Below are positions 24,645 to 33,449 of a stretch of DNA of 39,915 nucleotides, piece by piece. Within the stretch, counting starts at the first letter, position 1; each line of letters begins with the position of its first letter. The stretch is from Candidatus Nomurabacteria bacterium (lineage in GTDB: Bacteria > Patescibacteriota > Minisyncoccia > Phycocordibacterales > UBA9973), in NCBI GenBank assembly GCA_016196605.1, contig JACPXJ010000004.1, positions 1 through 39,915 of the forward strand, given 5' to 3'. The notes below the pieces were generated by a model that saw nothing but the letters and a program-made list of their open reading frames with translations, was not told the origin of the DNA and did no database searches. The position numbers were made by a program, and so were the translations under genes.

Positions 24645-26600
24645 TTACAGCAAATCTTCCGGATCCACGGTTACTTCGAAAGAAGAAGGCAAAGACGAGA
24701 GTTTACCAAAAAGACTTTGATCGATGGAATAATTCGGGGTGAGAAAAGGCAGAGACCAACTTTTTGGGTTCACCTTTATGAGGGCATTAGTTGCATACTT
24801 GCTCTTTAGCTTGGCGACAAATCCGCTAAAAATTTCAGGACTGTATTCTTTTAAAATTTCCTTAAGAATCTTTCGCGCATTTTGCATTTCTTCTTTGTTT
24901 CCTAAGTGCGTAACTTTTATAAAGCGCTTATAAGGCGGGTATGAGAATTTTTTTCTTTCTTCCAGCTCCTCTCGTACAAATGAAAGAATGTTTGAATTTT
25001 TTACCGCAAGAATAGCCGAATCATTAGGATTTTTTGTCTGAATCAAAAGTTTTGTTGCGGTTTTTTCTAGGACCGAAAGTAAAATATGAATTATTTTTTC
25101 ACCCATAGCAAAGTTCGGGATGCTCCAGAGTGAATCGAAAGAAGCGATAATCGAAAGCGGCACTTTATTTTTTAAGTATGAGAATGCCATTTCCGTTCCT
25201 ATCAGAATGGCGCCTTCGTTATTTTCAAATCCTTTGATTATTTCTTCAGCCCCTTTTTTGTTTCTTGCAGTTTCTTTGTCGAGCTGGAAAATCTTTTCCT
25301 TTCCGAATACTTTTTTAACCTCCTCATATACCGTATCTGTGCCAATGCCAAGCGGCATCAAGTTCCAGCTATGGCAATTCGCGCAAGATGTTTCAGGATC
25401 AACGGCTTTTTTGCATCGATTACAGCTGAAGATTCTTCTGTTTCCATCTTTTGAAAGATATAAGACGACAGGGGCGGAGCAAGTAGCGCATGCAAGTGTT
25501 TCTCCGCAATCTCGACAAATAGTTTGGGTGGCTAGGCCTTTACGCAAAGCAAAAATAAATACATTTTTCTTTTTACTGATATATTGCCTTATTTCATTTT
25601 CACTCTGATCTAAGAGAACTTTGAACTTTTTCTCCCCCTTCGTTAGAACGTCCTTAATGGGCTTGCCTCTCTCGAGAATTTTAATATCACCGTCAAAGTT
25701 GATCCGGAAAGAAAGAGGATAGAGGAGGGGCAGGTTTTCGGTATCTTTTCGGCTGATAGTTGTAAAAGATAGCAAAGTATCGCTTAAAATAAATTTAGCC
25801 CTGCTTCGAGAAGCAAAAAGTTCCACAAAAACTCGAAGATCGATATAAGGCCGTTCGATTTTCCGGTAACTATTAGAACTCTCTCGTTCTAGAATTATCG
25901 TTTTAAAATCCGGCCGCGGCAAGGATAAAAACGGAGGTGTGGCGAGAACGAGTACAGGATGAGTTGTTTTTAAAAGATCCTTTATCCTTAAAAAATTTTT
26001 CTTAGTGCTTAGCCCGCCGTGAAATTCAAATGTGAACTGTTCTATTCCGCGTGAAAGCAATTGATGGAAAATTCTTATATCATGCTCAGTCGGAAGCGCA
26101 ATAAAAACTGATTTTTTTTCCGCGAAAGAACTTCGGATAAGTGTTTTATATGAAGAAATGCGTTCTTCGAGGGGGGCTTGAAAAATTAATTTTTCACTTT
26201 TTACAGAGTCGTTCTCCTTTTTTTCCAGGGAAATACTTTTTGTATATGACTCCGCTATTTCATCGTAATATTCTCGGAAAATACTCGGTATGAGGGTTGT
26301 AATAGTGTTATTTGCGCCGGCTAAGAAATAGTTGGCAGTATCTATTGCTGATTCCAAAAGCCGAGGTGAAAAAATTGAAGTTTTTTTAATTTCAATTATC
26401 TTTCGCAAATTAAAATCCATATTTTTCACATCGGCTTTAATGTCGCTGGCGTCTCTCGAAGAGACGACTAGCCCAAGGGTATTTTTACTGCGTAGGGGAA
26501 TATTTACCAGAGACCCGGCAGAAATGTCTTGCGCTGAAAAATAGGTTAAATTTTGCCCTAATGGCCCTTTTTTGAGCGGTATAACGGTCAGAATTTTCAT
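24645..26600 (-). CDS. priA: Primosomal protein N' (PriA) homolog with degenerate ATPase motifs
   Basis: N-terminal 3'-BD-like region and the PriA Cys-rich region CRDCGETLACATCSAPVVLY..FSCNRCKK..CANCHS. The helicase scaffold is alignable, but the Walker A and DExH positions read QAPLEERIS and IILERESSNSYRK. Confidence 0.75.
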   Translation of the reverse strand: MKILTVIPLKKGPLGQNLTYFSAQDISAGSLVNIPLRSKNTLGLVVSSRDASDIKADVKNMDFNLRKIIEIKKTSIFSPRLLESAIDTANYFLAGANNTITTLIPSIFREYYDEIAESYTKSISLEKKENDSVKSEKLIFQAPLEERISSYKTLIRSSFAEKKSVFIALPTEHDIRIFHQLLSRGIEQFTFEFHGGLSTKKNFLRIKDLLKTTHPVLVLATPPFLSLPRPDFKTIILERESSNSYRKIERPYIDLRVFVELFASRSRAKFILSDTLLSFTTISRKDTENLPLLYPLSFRINFDGDIKILERGKPIKDVLTKGEKKFKVLLDQSENEIRQYISKKKNVFIFALRKGLATQTICRDCGETLACATCSAPVVLYLSKDGNRRIFSCNRCKKAVDPETSCANCHSWNLMPLGIGTDTVYEEVKKVFGKEKIFQLDKETARNKKGAEEIIKGFENNEGAILIGTEMAFSYLKNKVPLSIIASFDSLWSIPNFAMGEKIIHILLSVLEKTATKLLIQTKNPNDSAILAVKNSNILSFVREELEERKKFSYPPYKRFIKVTHLGNKEEMQNARKILKEILKEYSPEIFSGFVAKLKSKYATNALIKVNPKSWSLPFLTPNYSIDQSLFGKLSSLPSSFEVTVDPEDLL

Positions 26601-26621
26601 CCTTTCATTTTAACACATATA

Positions 26622-26630
26622 TGTTATATT
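26622..26630 (+). promoter_or_regulatory. Extended -10 box TGtTATATT, 8 nt upstream of the mreB ATG at 26639
   Basis: TGTTATATT at 26622-26630. This supports the MGIFSKKLGIDLG start. Confidence 0.4.
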
Positions 26631-26638
26631 ACTTTTAT

Positions 26639-27652
26639 ATGGGCATTTTTTCTAAGAAATTAGGCATAGATCTAGGAACTGCGAATACTCTGGTTTTTTT
26701 GCCAGGCAAAGGAATAATTCTGAATGAGCCTTCAGTGGTGGCGGTTTCAGAGCAGGACAATAAAATTTTGGCGATCGGTTTTGAAGCCAAAGACATGATA
26801 GGCAAGACTCCGGAATCCATTATCACCTATTGCCCAATGAAAGACGGGGTGATAGCGGATTACAGGGTGACGGAGGCGATGCTCCGTTATTTTATAAATA
26901 AAGCCATGGGGCGTTTTAATTTCTTTAAGCCGGACGTGATGGTTTCTGTGCCGGCTGGCGTCACGAGCACAGAGAGGCGCGCAGTGGTGGAAGCAGCGGT
27001 GCGCGCAGGCGCGAGAAACGCTTATGTGGTGAAAGAACCTATCCTCGCTGCTATCGGGGCGGGGATTCCGATTTACGAGCCGAGAGGGCACATGGTGGTG
27101 GATATCGGCGGGGGTACGACTGACGTTGCGGTCATTTCGCTCGGCGGCATAGTGTCTTCGACCTCGGTGAAATGCGCCGGTAATAAGATTGATCAAGCTA
27201 TCGCTGACTACATAAAGAAAACTTTTAATTTAGCGATTGGAGACAGGACGGCTGAAGAGGTCAAAATCAAGATAGGCGCCGCCGTTCCTTTAGAGGAGGA
27301 GCTCTCCGTGACAATCAAGGGGCGAGATTACATTCAAGGGTTGCCCAGATCAGCGAGAGTTGGCACGAATGAAATAGTCAAAGCGATAGACGGAGAGCTC
27401 CGACAGATAATAAAAGCGATCAAGGACGTATTACAGGAAACTCCGCCTGAACTTGCTTCGGATATTATCGATCAAGGCATAATCATGACCGGAGGATCAT
27501 CCCAGCTGCGCAATTTAACTGACTTGGTTTATAGAAAAACCGGAGTCAAGGCAACTCTGGCGGAAGATCCGCTGTTTTGCGTCGCAAAAGGCACAGGCAT
27601 AGCGCTTGAGCACTTGGATGTCTATAAAAAAGCCGTGCTAAGCAAAAAGTAG
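26639..27652 (+). CDS. mreB: Rod shape-determining protein MreB
   Basis: GIDLGTANTLVF, VVDIGGGTTDVAVISLGGIV, GIIMTGGSSQLRNL. Confidence 0.95.
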   Translation: MGIFSKKLGIDLGTANTLVFLPGKGIILNEPSVVAVSEQDNKILAIGFEAKDMIGKTPESIITYCPMKDGVIADYRVTEAMLRYFINKAMGRFNFFKPDVMVSVPAGVTSTERRAVVEAAVRAGARNAYVVKEPILAAIGAGIPIYEPRGHMVVDIGGGTTDVAVISLGGIVSSTSVKCAGNKIDQAIADYIKKTFNLAIGDRTAEEVKIKIGAAVPLEEELSVTIKGRDYIQGLPRSARVGTNEIVKAIDGELRQIIKAIKDVLQETPPELASDIIDQGIIMTGGSSQLRNLTDLVYRKTGVKATLAEDPLFCVAKGTGIALEHLDVYKKAVLSKK

Positions 27653-27684
27653 AATTAGTTGCTAGTGACTAGCTTCTAGAACCT

Positions 27685-28413
27685 ATGAACCTAATCAATC
27701 AGCATTTAGACAAAAATAATCTGCATCACGCGTATCTCCTTGAAGGCGAACGGGAAGCTGTTGCGGGAGAGGTTTTAAAATTTATGGATGAATTGGAAGT
27801 AAAAACTGCCGGCAATCCTGACTTTACTCATATCGCGCTTGATAGCTTTAAAATTGAAGACGCGCGCAATCTAAAATCGTTTGCCAATGAGAGAGCATTT
27901 TCCGGAGGCAAGAAAATATTTATGATTTCCGCGAACAGTCTGCTGCTCGAAGCACAGCATAGTCTGCTAAAAATGTTTGAAGAACCGGTAGAGAATACGC
28001 ATTTTTTTGTCATTGTTCCCGACGCAAATTCTCTGCTCAAAACTCTGGTTTCCAGATTTTACGTAGTTTCAGCTAGGCAAGACCTAGCTAGTGAAGTAAA
28101 AAATGCGGAAAAATTTATCGGTATGCCTTTACAAAAAAGAATTAATTTTATAAAAGAATTATTAGTTGAACCTGAAGAAACCGACGGCGAAGGTAATGAA
28201 GTTGTCGTTTTAGATTCTACGCGCTCTAAAGCTCTGAAATTCTTAAATGCGCTAGAATTAATTTTGCACAAGAATTTGATGTCAAAGCCCGCCTTTGACA
28301 CGGAGGCAAAATGTTTTGAGCACTTTTTCAAGATCCGCAAGTTTTTGCGCATGCCGGGAAGTTCTGTGAAAATGTTAATGGAATCTGTTGCTTTAATAGT
28401 TCCAATTCTATGA
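27685..28413 (+). CDS. holB: DNA polymerase III subunit delta' (short)
   Basis: LHHAYLLEG.., SLLKMFEEP..THFFVIV.., LLKTLVSR, a typical clamp-loader delta' pattern. Confidence 0.7.
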   Translation: MNLINQHLDKNNLHHAYLLEGEREAVAGEVLKFMDELEVKTAGNPDFTHIALDSFKIEDARNLKSFANERAFSGGKKIFMISANSLLLEAQHSLLKMFEEPVENTHFFVIVPDANSLLKTLVSRFYVVSARQDLASEVKNAEKFIGMPLQKRINFIKELLVEPEETDGEGNEVVVLDSTRSKALKFLNALELILHKNLMSKPAFDTEAKCFEHFFKIRKFLRMPGSSVKMLMESVALIVPIL

Positions 28414-28419
28414 TAGAAT
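28411..28419 (+). promoter_or_regulatory. Extended -10 box TGaTAGAAT overlapping the holB stop, 6 nt upstream of the frr ATG
   Basis: TGATAGAAT at 28411-28419, ATG at 28426. Confidence 0.45.
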
Positions 28420-28425
28420 ACATTT

Positions 28426-28977
28426 ATGCAATACAATTTCACAAATTTTAAGGCAGAAATTAAAAAAGTGGGTGAATTCTTGAGCAAAGAATATAGTCAA
28501 TTAAACATCGGCCGGGCTTCGCCTATGGTTTTAGACGGTGTAATGGTGGAGTCTTATGGATCGCGTGTACCGCTTAAAAATACTGCTTCCGTTTCCATTG
28601 AAGACCCAAAAACTTTGCGCGTGGCGCCGTGGGATAAGAATCAGATTAAAGATATCGAAAAGGCTATAGCGAGCGCCAATCTGGGCTTGTCTGTCGCGTC
28701 AGATGATTCTGGCGTCCGGGTAATATTCCCGCAATTAACGACCGAAACAAGGCAGAAACTGGTGAAGGTTTTGAAGGATAAATTGGAAGAAGCTAGAATC
28801 GCTGTGCGTCGTGAACGAGAAGTTATCTGGAAAGATGTAGAAATGAAAGAAAAAGAAGGGAAATTGACAGAAGACGAGAAATTTCGAGCCAAGGACGAAT
28901 TGCAGAAAATAATTGATGAGGCAAATAAAAGTTTGGAAGCTAGCTTTGAAAAGAAGCAGAAAGAGGTGATGGGGTAG
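28426..28977 (+). CDS. frr: Ribosome recycling factor
   Basis: LNIGRASPMVLDGVMVESYGSRVPLKNTASVSIEDPKTLRVAPWD, IPQLTTETRQKLVK, RR.R. Confidence 0.95.
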   Translation: MQYNFTNFKAEIKKVGEFLSKEYSQLNIGRASPMVLDGVMVESYGSRVPLKNTASVSIEDPKTLRVAPWDKNQIKDIEKAIASANLGLSVASDDSGVRVIFPQLTTETRQKLVKVLKDKLEEARIAVRREREVIWKDVEMKEKEGKLTEDEKFRAKDELQKIIDEANKSLEASFEKKQKEVMG

Positions 28978-29014
28978 CTGATAGGGTTACAGCTTTTAGC
29001 TTATAGGAAATACG

Positions 29015-30151
29015 ATGAACATTTTAATTTTCTTGATTATTCTTCTAGTCTTGGTTTTAGTCCATGAGTTTGGGCATTTTTTTACTGCAAAAAAGTTCGG
29101 TATAAGAGTTGATGAATTCGGCTTTGGTTTTCCGCCGAAAATTGCAGGAATAAAAAAGGGTGAGACAGAGTATAGTCTTAATGCCTTGCCATTTGGCGGA
29201 TTTGTCAAGATTTTTGGCGAAAACGGAGAAGATTCTGTGAAGGTCGAACCTTCCCAAAATACTCATAGGGAAGGTTCGACCTTCACAGATGTGGATGCGA
29301 GCAGGAGTTTTGTGAATAGGCCAAAATGGCAGCAGGCGATAGTTCTTTTTGCCGGCGTGTTTATGAATTTTATTTTAGCTTGGATATTATTTTCTGTCGG
29401 TTTCATGTCCGGGCTTCCGACATCAGTCGGGAATGAAGCGAAAGGGCAGGTTCTTGAAAACGTAAATTTAACTGTTGTTTCTGTGTTAGAAACATCTCCG
29501 GCATTTATGGCAGGACTTAAATCCGGCGATAAGATAGTATCGGTACAAAGTGGACAGGATTCGTTAAGCAAGATTGATCCTGAAACTTTGAAATCCTTTA
29601 TCGTTGCCCATCCAGATAAAGAAATAGAGGTCGGATACGAGAGGGGTAACAATATTCAGGTTGCTAAAGTAACACCCATTCAAAATACCGAACAGGATAA
29701 ACCAATGATAGGCATATCCATGGATATGATTGGTACGGCCAAACTTCCATTTTTAACGGCTTTTAAAGAAGGAATGACCTTGACACTATTTGTTACAAAA
29801 GGTACAGCCGTGGGGCTCTATACGCTTATTTCTGAAGCAGTGAGAGGTCAAGGTAGTCTGGACTCGGTGACGGGGATCGTGGGCATGGTGGGTATGACAG
29901 GTGATGCATACGAATTTGGTTTTGTTTATCTCCTGTCATTTACCGCGCTTATTTCGGTGAACCTTGCGATCATAAATTTAGTTCCGATTCCGGCGCTGGA
30001 TGGCGGACGGCTGCTGTTCCTTCTTATTGAAAAAATAAAAGGGTCGCGTCTAAATTCTAAATTTACCAATACCGCCAACGCTGTCGGTTTCGGCGCCTTA
30101 ATAATTCTCATGCTGGTTATTACATATCACGATGTAGTAAAATTATTTTGA
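29015..30151 (+). CDS. rseP: RIP metalloprotease RseP (site-2 protease)
   Basis: HEFGHFFTAKKFGIRVDEFGFGFPP (HExxH), a PDZ-like middle, and NLVPIPALDGGRL. Confidence 0.9.
   Translation: MNILIFLIILLVLVLVHEFGHFFTAKKFGIRVDEFGFGFPPKIAGIKKGETEYSLNALPFGGFVKIFGENGEDSVKVEPSQNTHREGSTFTDVDASRSFVNRPKWQQAIVLFAGVFMNFILAWILFSVGFMSGLPTSVGNEAKGQVLENVNLTVVSVLETSPAFMAGLKSGDKIVSVQSGQDSLSKIDPETLKSFIVAHPDKEIEVGYERGNNIQVAKVTPIQNTEQDKPMIGISMDMIGTAKLPFLTAFKEGMTLTLFVTKGTAVGLYTLISEAVRGQGSLDSVTGIVGMVGMTGDAYEFGFVYLLSFTALISVNLAIINLVPIPALDGGRLLFLLIEKIKGSRLNSKFTNTANAVGFGALIILMLVITYHDVVKLF
29235..29288. repeat. 54-nt palindrome (perfect 21-bp arms, 12-nt loop) inside rseP
   Basis: CTGTGAAGGTCGAACCTTCCC-AAAATACTCATA-GGGAAGGTTCGACCTTCACAG. 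It is in frame and encodes SVKVEPSQNTHREGSTFTD. Confidence 0.95.
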
Positions 30152-30205
30152 CCTCTCCCTAGCCCCTCTCCTTATTAAGGAGAGGGGAAAAAAGGGGTGA
30201 GGTGA
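30151..30205. repeat. REP/MITE-like nested palindrome, copy D
   Basis: ACCTCTCCC-TAG-CCCCTCTCCTTATTAAGGAGAGGGG-AAAAAA-GGGGTGAGGTGA. It starts on the last base of the rseP stop, and its GAGGTGA tail lies 7 nt (30206-30212) upstream of the ATG at 30213. Confidence 0.9.
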
Positions 30206-30212
30206 ATTTGTT

Positions 30213-30944
30213 ATGAAAAAAATTAAGCTTATTCATGAAGTACGGGCAGTCAAGAGCAAAAAAGAACTCGCAAATATAATCAAAGCGCAGAGAATCAGCG
30301 AGAAAGCGCTTCGCTATACTGTAGCAAAATTAAGAACTGGCATCACGGAACTTGAAATTGCTGATTTCATCAAAAAAACATATTTAAGCCATGGCGTAAA
30401 TGTGTTATCTTTCCCGCCGATAGTCGCTTTTGGCAAAAATACAGCCAATGTTCACCATGAGCCGGGAAGAAACAAATTAAAAAGGGGGGATATTATCATG
30501 TTTGATTTCGGATGCACGGTAAATCATTATTGTTCTGATATGACTCGGACCTATTTCTGGGGCGCGGCTTCTAAAAAACAGAAGAAGATTTATGAGAGCG
30601 TACTTCTAGCGATGGAGCTTGCCATTGGGAAAATAAGAAAAGGGGAGCGAAGGGCAAAAATAATTGATAAGTCGGCGCGAAGTTTTCTAAACAAAAAATT
30701 CGGACAGAAGAAATTCCCGCACGGACTCGGTCATGGAGTAGGTACGGTTATTCACGAATGGCCGAATTTTAAACCAAAGAGCGAAGACGTTTTACCCGTA
30801 GGTTGTGTGATGACTATCGAGCCTGGAATATATTTAAAAGGTTTTGGTGGAGTACGAATAGAGGATATGGTTTTGATTACCCAAAAAGGTTATAAGAATT
30901 TAACTAATGTGTCAAAAGATCTAAAAAGTGCAATTTTAAAATAA
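30213..30944 (+). CDS. M24 family metallopeptidase (Xaa-Pro aminopeptidase-like, catalytic domain only)
   Basis: Pita-bread fold motifs: FPPIVAFG.N.A..HH, DFGC..N.YCSDMTRT, HGLGHGVG..IHEWP, MTIEPGIY, VRIEDMVLIT. Confidence 0.85.
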   Translation: MKKIKLIHEVRAVKSKKELANIIKAQRISEKALRYTVAKLRTGITELEIADFIKKTYLSHGVNVLSFPPIVAFGKNTANVHHEPGRNKLKRGDIIMFDFGCTVNHYCSDMTRTYFWGAASKKQKKIYESVLLAMELAIGKIRKGERRAKIIDKSARSFLNKKFGQKKFPHGLGHGVGTVIHEWPNFKPKSEDVLPVGCVMTIEPGIYLKGFGGVRIEDMVLITQKGYKNLTNVSKDLKSAILK

Positions 30945-30949
30945 TCGGG

Positions 30950-30955
30950 TATACT
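30950..30955 (+). promoter_or_regulatory. -10 box TATACT, 6 nt upstream of the ddl ATG
   Basis: TATACT at 30950-30955, ATG at 30962. Confidence 0.35.
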
Positions 30956-30961
30956 GTCTTC

Positions 30962-31933
30962 ATGGCAAAAAAGAAATTGAAAATTGGAGTGCTTTTTGGA
31001 GGTAAATCAGCGGAACACGAAGTATCGCTTCGTTCGGCAGAAAACATATTTAATGCTTTAGGTAAAGATAAATATGAAATTACTCCAATCAAAATAAACA
31101 AGAATGGAAAATTTAAATTGGATATTTTCAAAAATTTCGATGTGATTTTTCCCGTATTGCATGGTCCCTTCGGCGAAGATGGCAGTATGCAAGGACTTTT
31201 AAAAGTTGCTGGTGTGCCATATGTGGGAGCTGGAGTGCTCGGTTCAGCTGTAGGAATGGATAAAGATGTCATGAAAAGACTTCTGCGAGACGCAGGTATT
31301 CCAATTGGGAAATTCACAACTTTAAAACTTGGAGAAAAAATTACTTTTGAAAAAGCGAAAAAAGATCTAGGGCTGCCGTTATTTATTAAGCCGGTTAATA
31401 TGGGTTCATCGGTGGGAGTCAGTAAAGTCAGAAATGAAAAAGAATTCAATCAAGCGATTAAGAAAGCATTTGAATTTGACACAAAAGTGATAATTGAAGA
31501 ATTTATCAACGGCAGGGAAATAGAATGTTCGGTTTTGGGAAATGATAAGCCGATTGCTTCCGTTCCCGGAGAAGTTATAGTCAAAGATGATTTTTATTCT
31601 TACAACACAAAATATATCAATGAGAACGGAGCAATCATTCAAATTCCTGCCAAACTTTCAAAAAAATCTATAAAAGAAATTCAAGAACTTTCCGTGAAAA
31701 CTTTCAAGACTCTTTCTTGTGAAGGATTCGGCAGAGTGGACAGCTTTTTAACAAAAAGTGGAAAAGTTTACATTAACGAAATAAATACGATTCCAGGATT
31801 TACTTCCATCAGCATGTATCCAAAATTATGGGAAGCAAGTGGATTGCCGTTGCCTAAACTTCTTGATAAGTTGATTGAACTTGCCATAGAACGATTTAAG
31901 AAGGAACAGAAATTAAAAACAACGGTTAATTAA
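30962..31933 (+). CDS. ddl: D-alanine--D-alanine ligase
   Basis: IGVLFGGKSAEHEVSLRSA, FPVLHGPFGEDGSMQGLL, FIKPVNMGSSVGVSKV, GFGRVDSFL, INEINTIPGFT. Confidence 0.95.
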   Translation: MAKKKLKIGVLFGGKSAEHEVSLRSAENIFNALGKDKYEITPIKINKNGKFKLDIFKNFDVIFPVLHGPFGEDGSMQGLLKVAGVPYVGAGVLGSAVGMDKDVMKRLLRDAGIPIGKFTTLKLGEKITFEKAKKDLGLPLFIKPVNMGSSVGVSKVRNEKEFNQAIKKAFEFDTKVIIEEFINGREIECSVLGNDKPIASVPGEVIVKDDFYSYNTKYINENGAIIQIPAKLSKKSIKEIQELSVKTFKTLSCEGFGRVDSFLTKSGKVYINEINTIPGFTSISMYPKLWEASGLPLPKLLDKLIELAIERFKKEQKLKTTVN

Positions 31934-31938
31934 ACACC

Positions 31939-32751
31939 ATGTCGAATATCAGCAAAAAAAATAATCAACCGATCGGCGTCTTTGATTCGGGAGTAGGAGG
32001 ACTTTCGGTGCTAATTGAACTCAAACGTTTACTTCCGAATGAGAATTTTGTTTTTTTGGCTGACCAGAAATATGTGCCTTATGGAGAGAAAACTAAAAAC
32101 GAACTTATTCAACTGGCATATAAAATAACAGATTATTTTATAAATCAGCATGATGTGAAAATGATGATTGTAGCTTGCAATACTTCCACCTGTAATTCAA
32201 TCAGTGAAGTTCGAGCAAAATATACACTGCCTGTTGTTGGTACTGTGCCGGCCATCAAACCAGCGGCAGAAAAAACAAAAAGCGGGACTGTTGCCATCAT
32301 TGCCACTCCTTCAACTTCAAAAAGCGAAGTACTAAAGAATCTTATTAAAGATTTTTGCTCGAATGTAAAAGTTTTAAATATTGGTTGTAAAAATCTAGAA
32401 GATGCGGTAGAGACAGGGAAATTAGATAGTGCAGAAGTTCATCAATTACTTCTAAAATATCTGGAGGAAGTGAAAAATTCAAACGCTGATCAGCTTGTTT
32501 TGGGATGCACCCATTATCCTTTTTTGAAAAAATCTATTCAGAATATTGTTGGTTCTGGTGTTAATCTTATAGACAGCGGGAATGCTATTGCCAGACACAC
32601 CAAGTCTTTGTTGGTAAATAATATTTTGGAAAATAGCCAGAAAAAAAATGGTAAAACTATTTACTTTACGACTGGAGATCCTGTAAAATTTTCAAAGGTT
32701 GCTTCTCTGCTGCTGAAAGAACAAATTAAAGCAAAAAAAGTAAAAATCTAA
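31939..32751 (+). CDS. murI: Glutamate racemase
   Basis: IGVFDSGVGGLSVL, ADQKYVPYGEK, IVACNTST, LGCTHYPFL. Confidence 0.95.
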   Translation: MSNISKKNNQPIGVFDSGVGGLSVLIELKRLLPNENFVFLADQKYVPYGEKTKNELIQLAYKITDYFINQHDVKMMIVACNTSTCNSISEVRAKYTLPVVGTVPAIKPAAEKTKSGTVAIIATPSTSKSEVLKNLIKDFCSNVKVLNIGCKNLEDAVETGKLDSAEVHQLLLKYLEEVKNSNADQLVLGCTHYPFLKKSIQNIVGSGVNLIDSGNAIARHTKSLLVNNILENSQKKNGKTIYFTTGDPVKFSKVASLLLKEQIKAKKVKI

Positions 32752-32801
32752 ATCTTCACGGCTTATTTGCTTTTTTACTTATTTTAGATTAGTCTATTTG
32801 C

Positions 32802-32960
32802 ATGTCACAAGATCGGCTCATAAAGCTTGCCTGCGGTACCTGTAAACGCGTGAATTACTGGTCCAGCAAGAACAAGAAACTCGTCACAAAGAAGATAGAA
32901 CTTTTGAAATTTTGCAATTGGTGTAGGAAAAGAACTAAACATAAGGAGGCTAAGAAGTAA
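32802..32960 (+). CDS. rpmG: 50S ribosomal protein L33 (52 aa, not in the supplied ORF track)
   Basis: My translation is MSQDRLIKLACGTCKRVNYWSSKNKKLVTKKIELLKFCNWCRKRTKHKEAKK. It has the CxxC..CxxC zinc-ribbon pattern and the length typical of L33. Confidence 0.85.
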   Translation: MSQDRLIKLACGTCKRVNYWSSKNKKLVTKKIELLKFCNWCRKRTKHKEAKK

Positions 32961-32973
32961 TTTTTATTAAATC

Positions 32974-32998
32974 TAGGACAAGGTTAAACCTTGTCCTA
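32974..32998 (+). terminator. Hairpin TAGGACAAGG-TTAAA-CCTTGTCCTA after rpmG
   Basis: 10-bp perfect stem. Confidence 0.6.
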
Positions 32999-33001
32999 TC
33001 G

Positions 33002-33030
33002 TTGCAAAAATACCCATACAAAGGTATAAA
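33002..33030 (+). promoter_or_regulatory. Promoter TTGCAA-17 nt-TATAAA upstream of tRNA-Trp
   Basis: -35 at 33002-33007, -10 at 33025-33030. The tRNA starts at 33040. Confidence 0.55.
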
Positions 33031-33039
33031 TAAGGCTAT

Positions 33040-33110
33040 GGGCGATTGGTGAAGTGGCATCATAATTCTCTCCAAAAGAACAGTCGAAGGTTCGATTCCT
33101 TCATCGCCCG
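33040..33110 (+). tRNA. tRNA-Trp (anticodon CCA)
   Basis: GGGCGAT/TG/GTGA-AGTGGCA-TCAT/A/ATTCT-CTCCAAA-AGAAC/AGTC/GAAGG-TTCGATT-CCTTC/ATCGCCC/G. No CCA is encoded. Confidence 0.85.
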
Positions 33111-33113
33111 CAT

Positions 33114-33449
33114 ATGAAATTCTTATTATCAATAAATTATATTGTCTGGCTGGTGATATCCGCCCTATTTTTTGCCATCGGTGAATTTTTATCTAAGAAA
33201 TTTGCCCTCGGTCCAAAACTTATATATGTGGTATTTATCCTCGTTGCTTATTCTTTAGGAACACTTGCGTGGTTGCCGGCGATTTTACAGAAAAATTCAC
33301 TTTCCATTGTAGGAGCCATGTGGTCTGTATTAACTCTAGCCATAACCATATTGATAGGAGTTTTAATTTTCGGAGAAAGATTGAATTTGATAGGGATTAT
33401 TGGAATAGCATTCGCCCTGATAGCAGTTGTACTATTATCAATATCCTAA
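33114..33449 (+). CDS. Four-TM small membrane protein, SMR/EamA-like (DMT superfamily)
   Basis: 111 aa with four hydrophobic helices and an EF..SKKFA motif in TM1. Its length and topology match SMR/ArnE-F-like proteins. The ATG lies 4 nt after the tRNA-Trp discriminator. Confidence 0.55.
   Translation: MKFLLSINYIVWLVISALFFAIGEFLSKKFALGPKLIYVVFILVAYSLGTLAWLPAILQKNSLSIVGAMWSVLTLAITILIGVLIFGERLNLIGIIGIAFALIAVVLLSIS

Noticed and set aside
32950-33132. 60-aa minus-strand ORF between rpmG and the SMR-like gene.
   Set aside because: It is entirely explained by tRNA-Trp (33040-33110) and its promoter on the plus strand.
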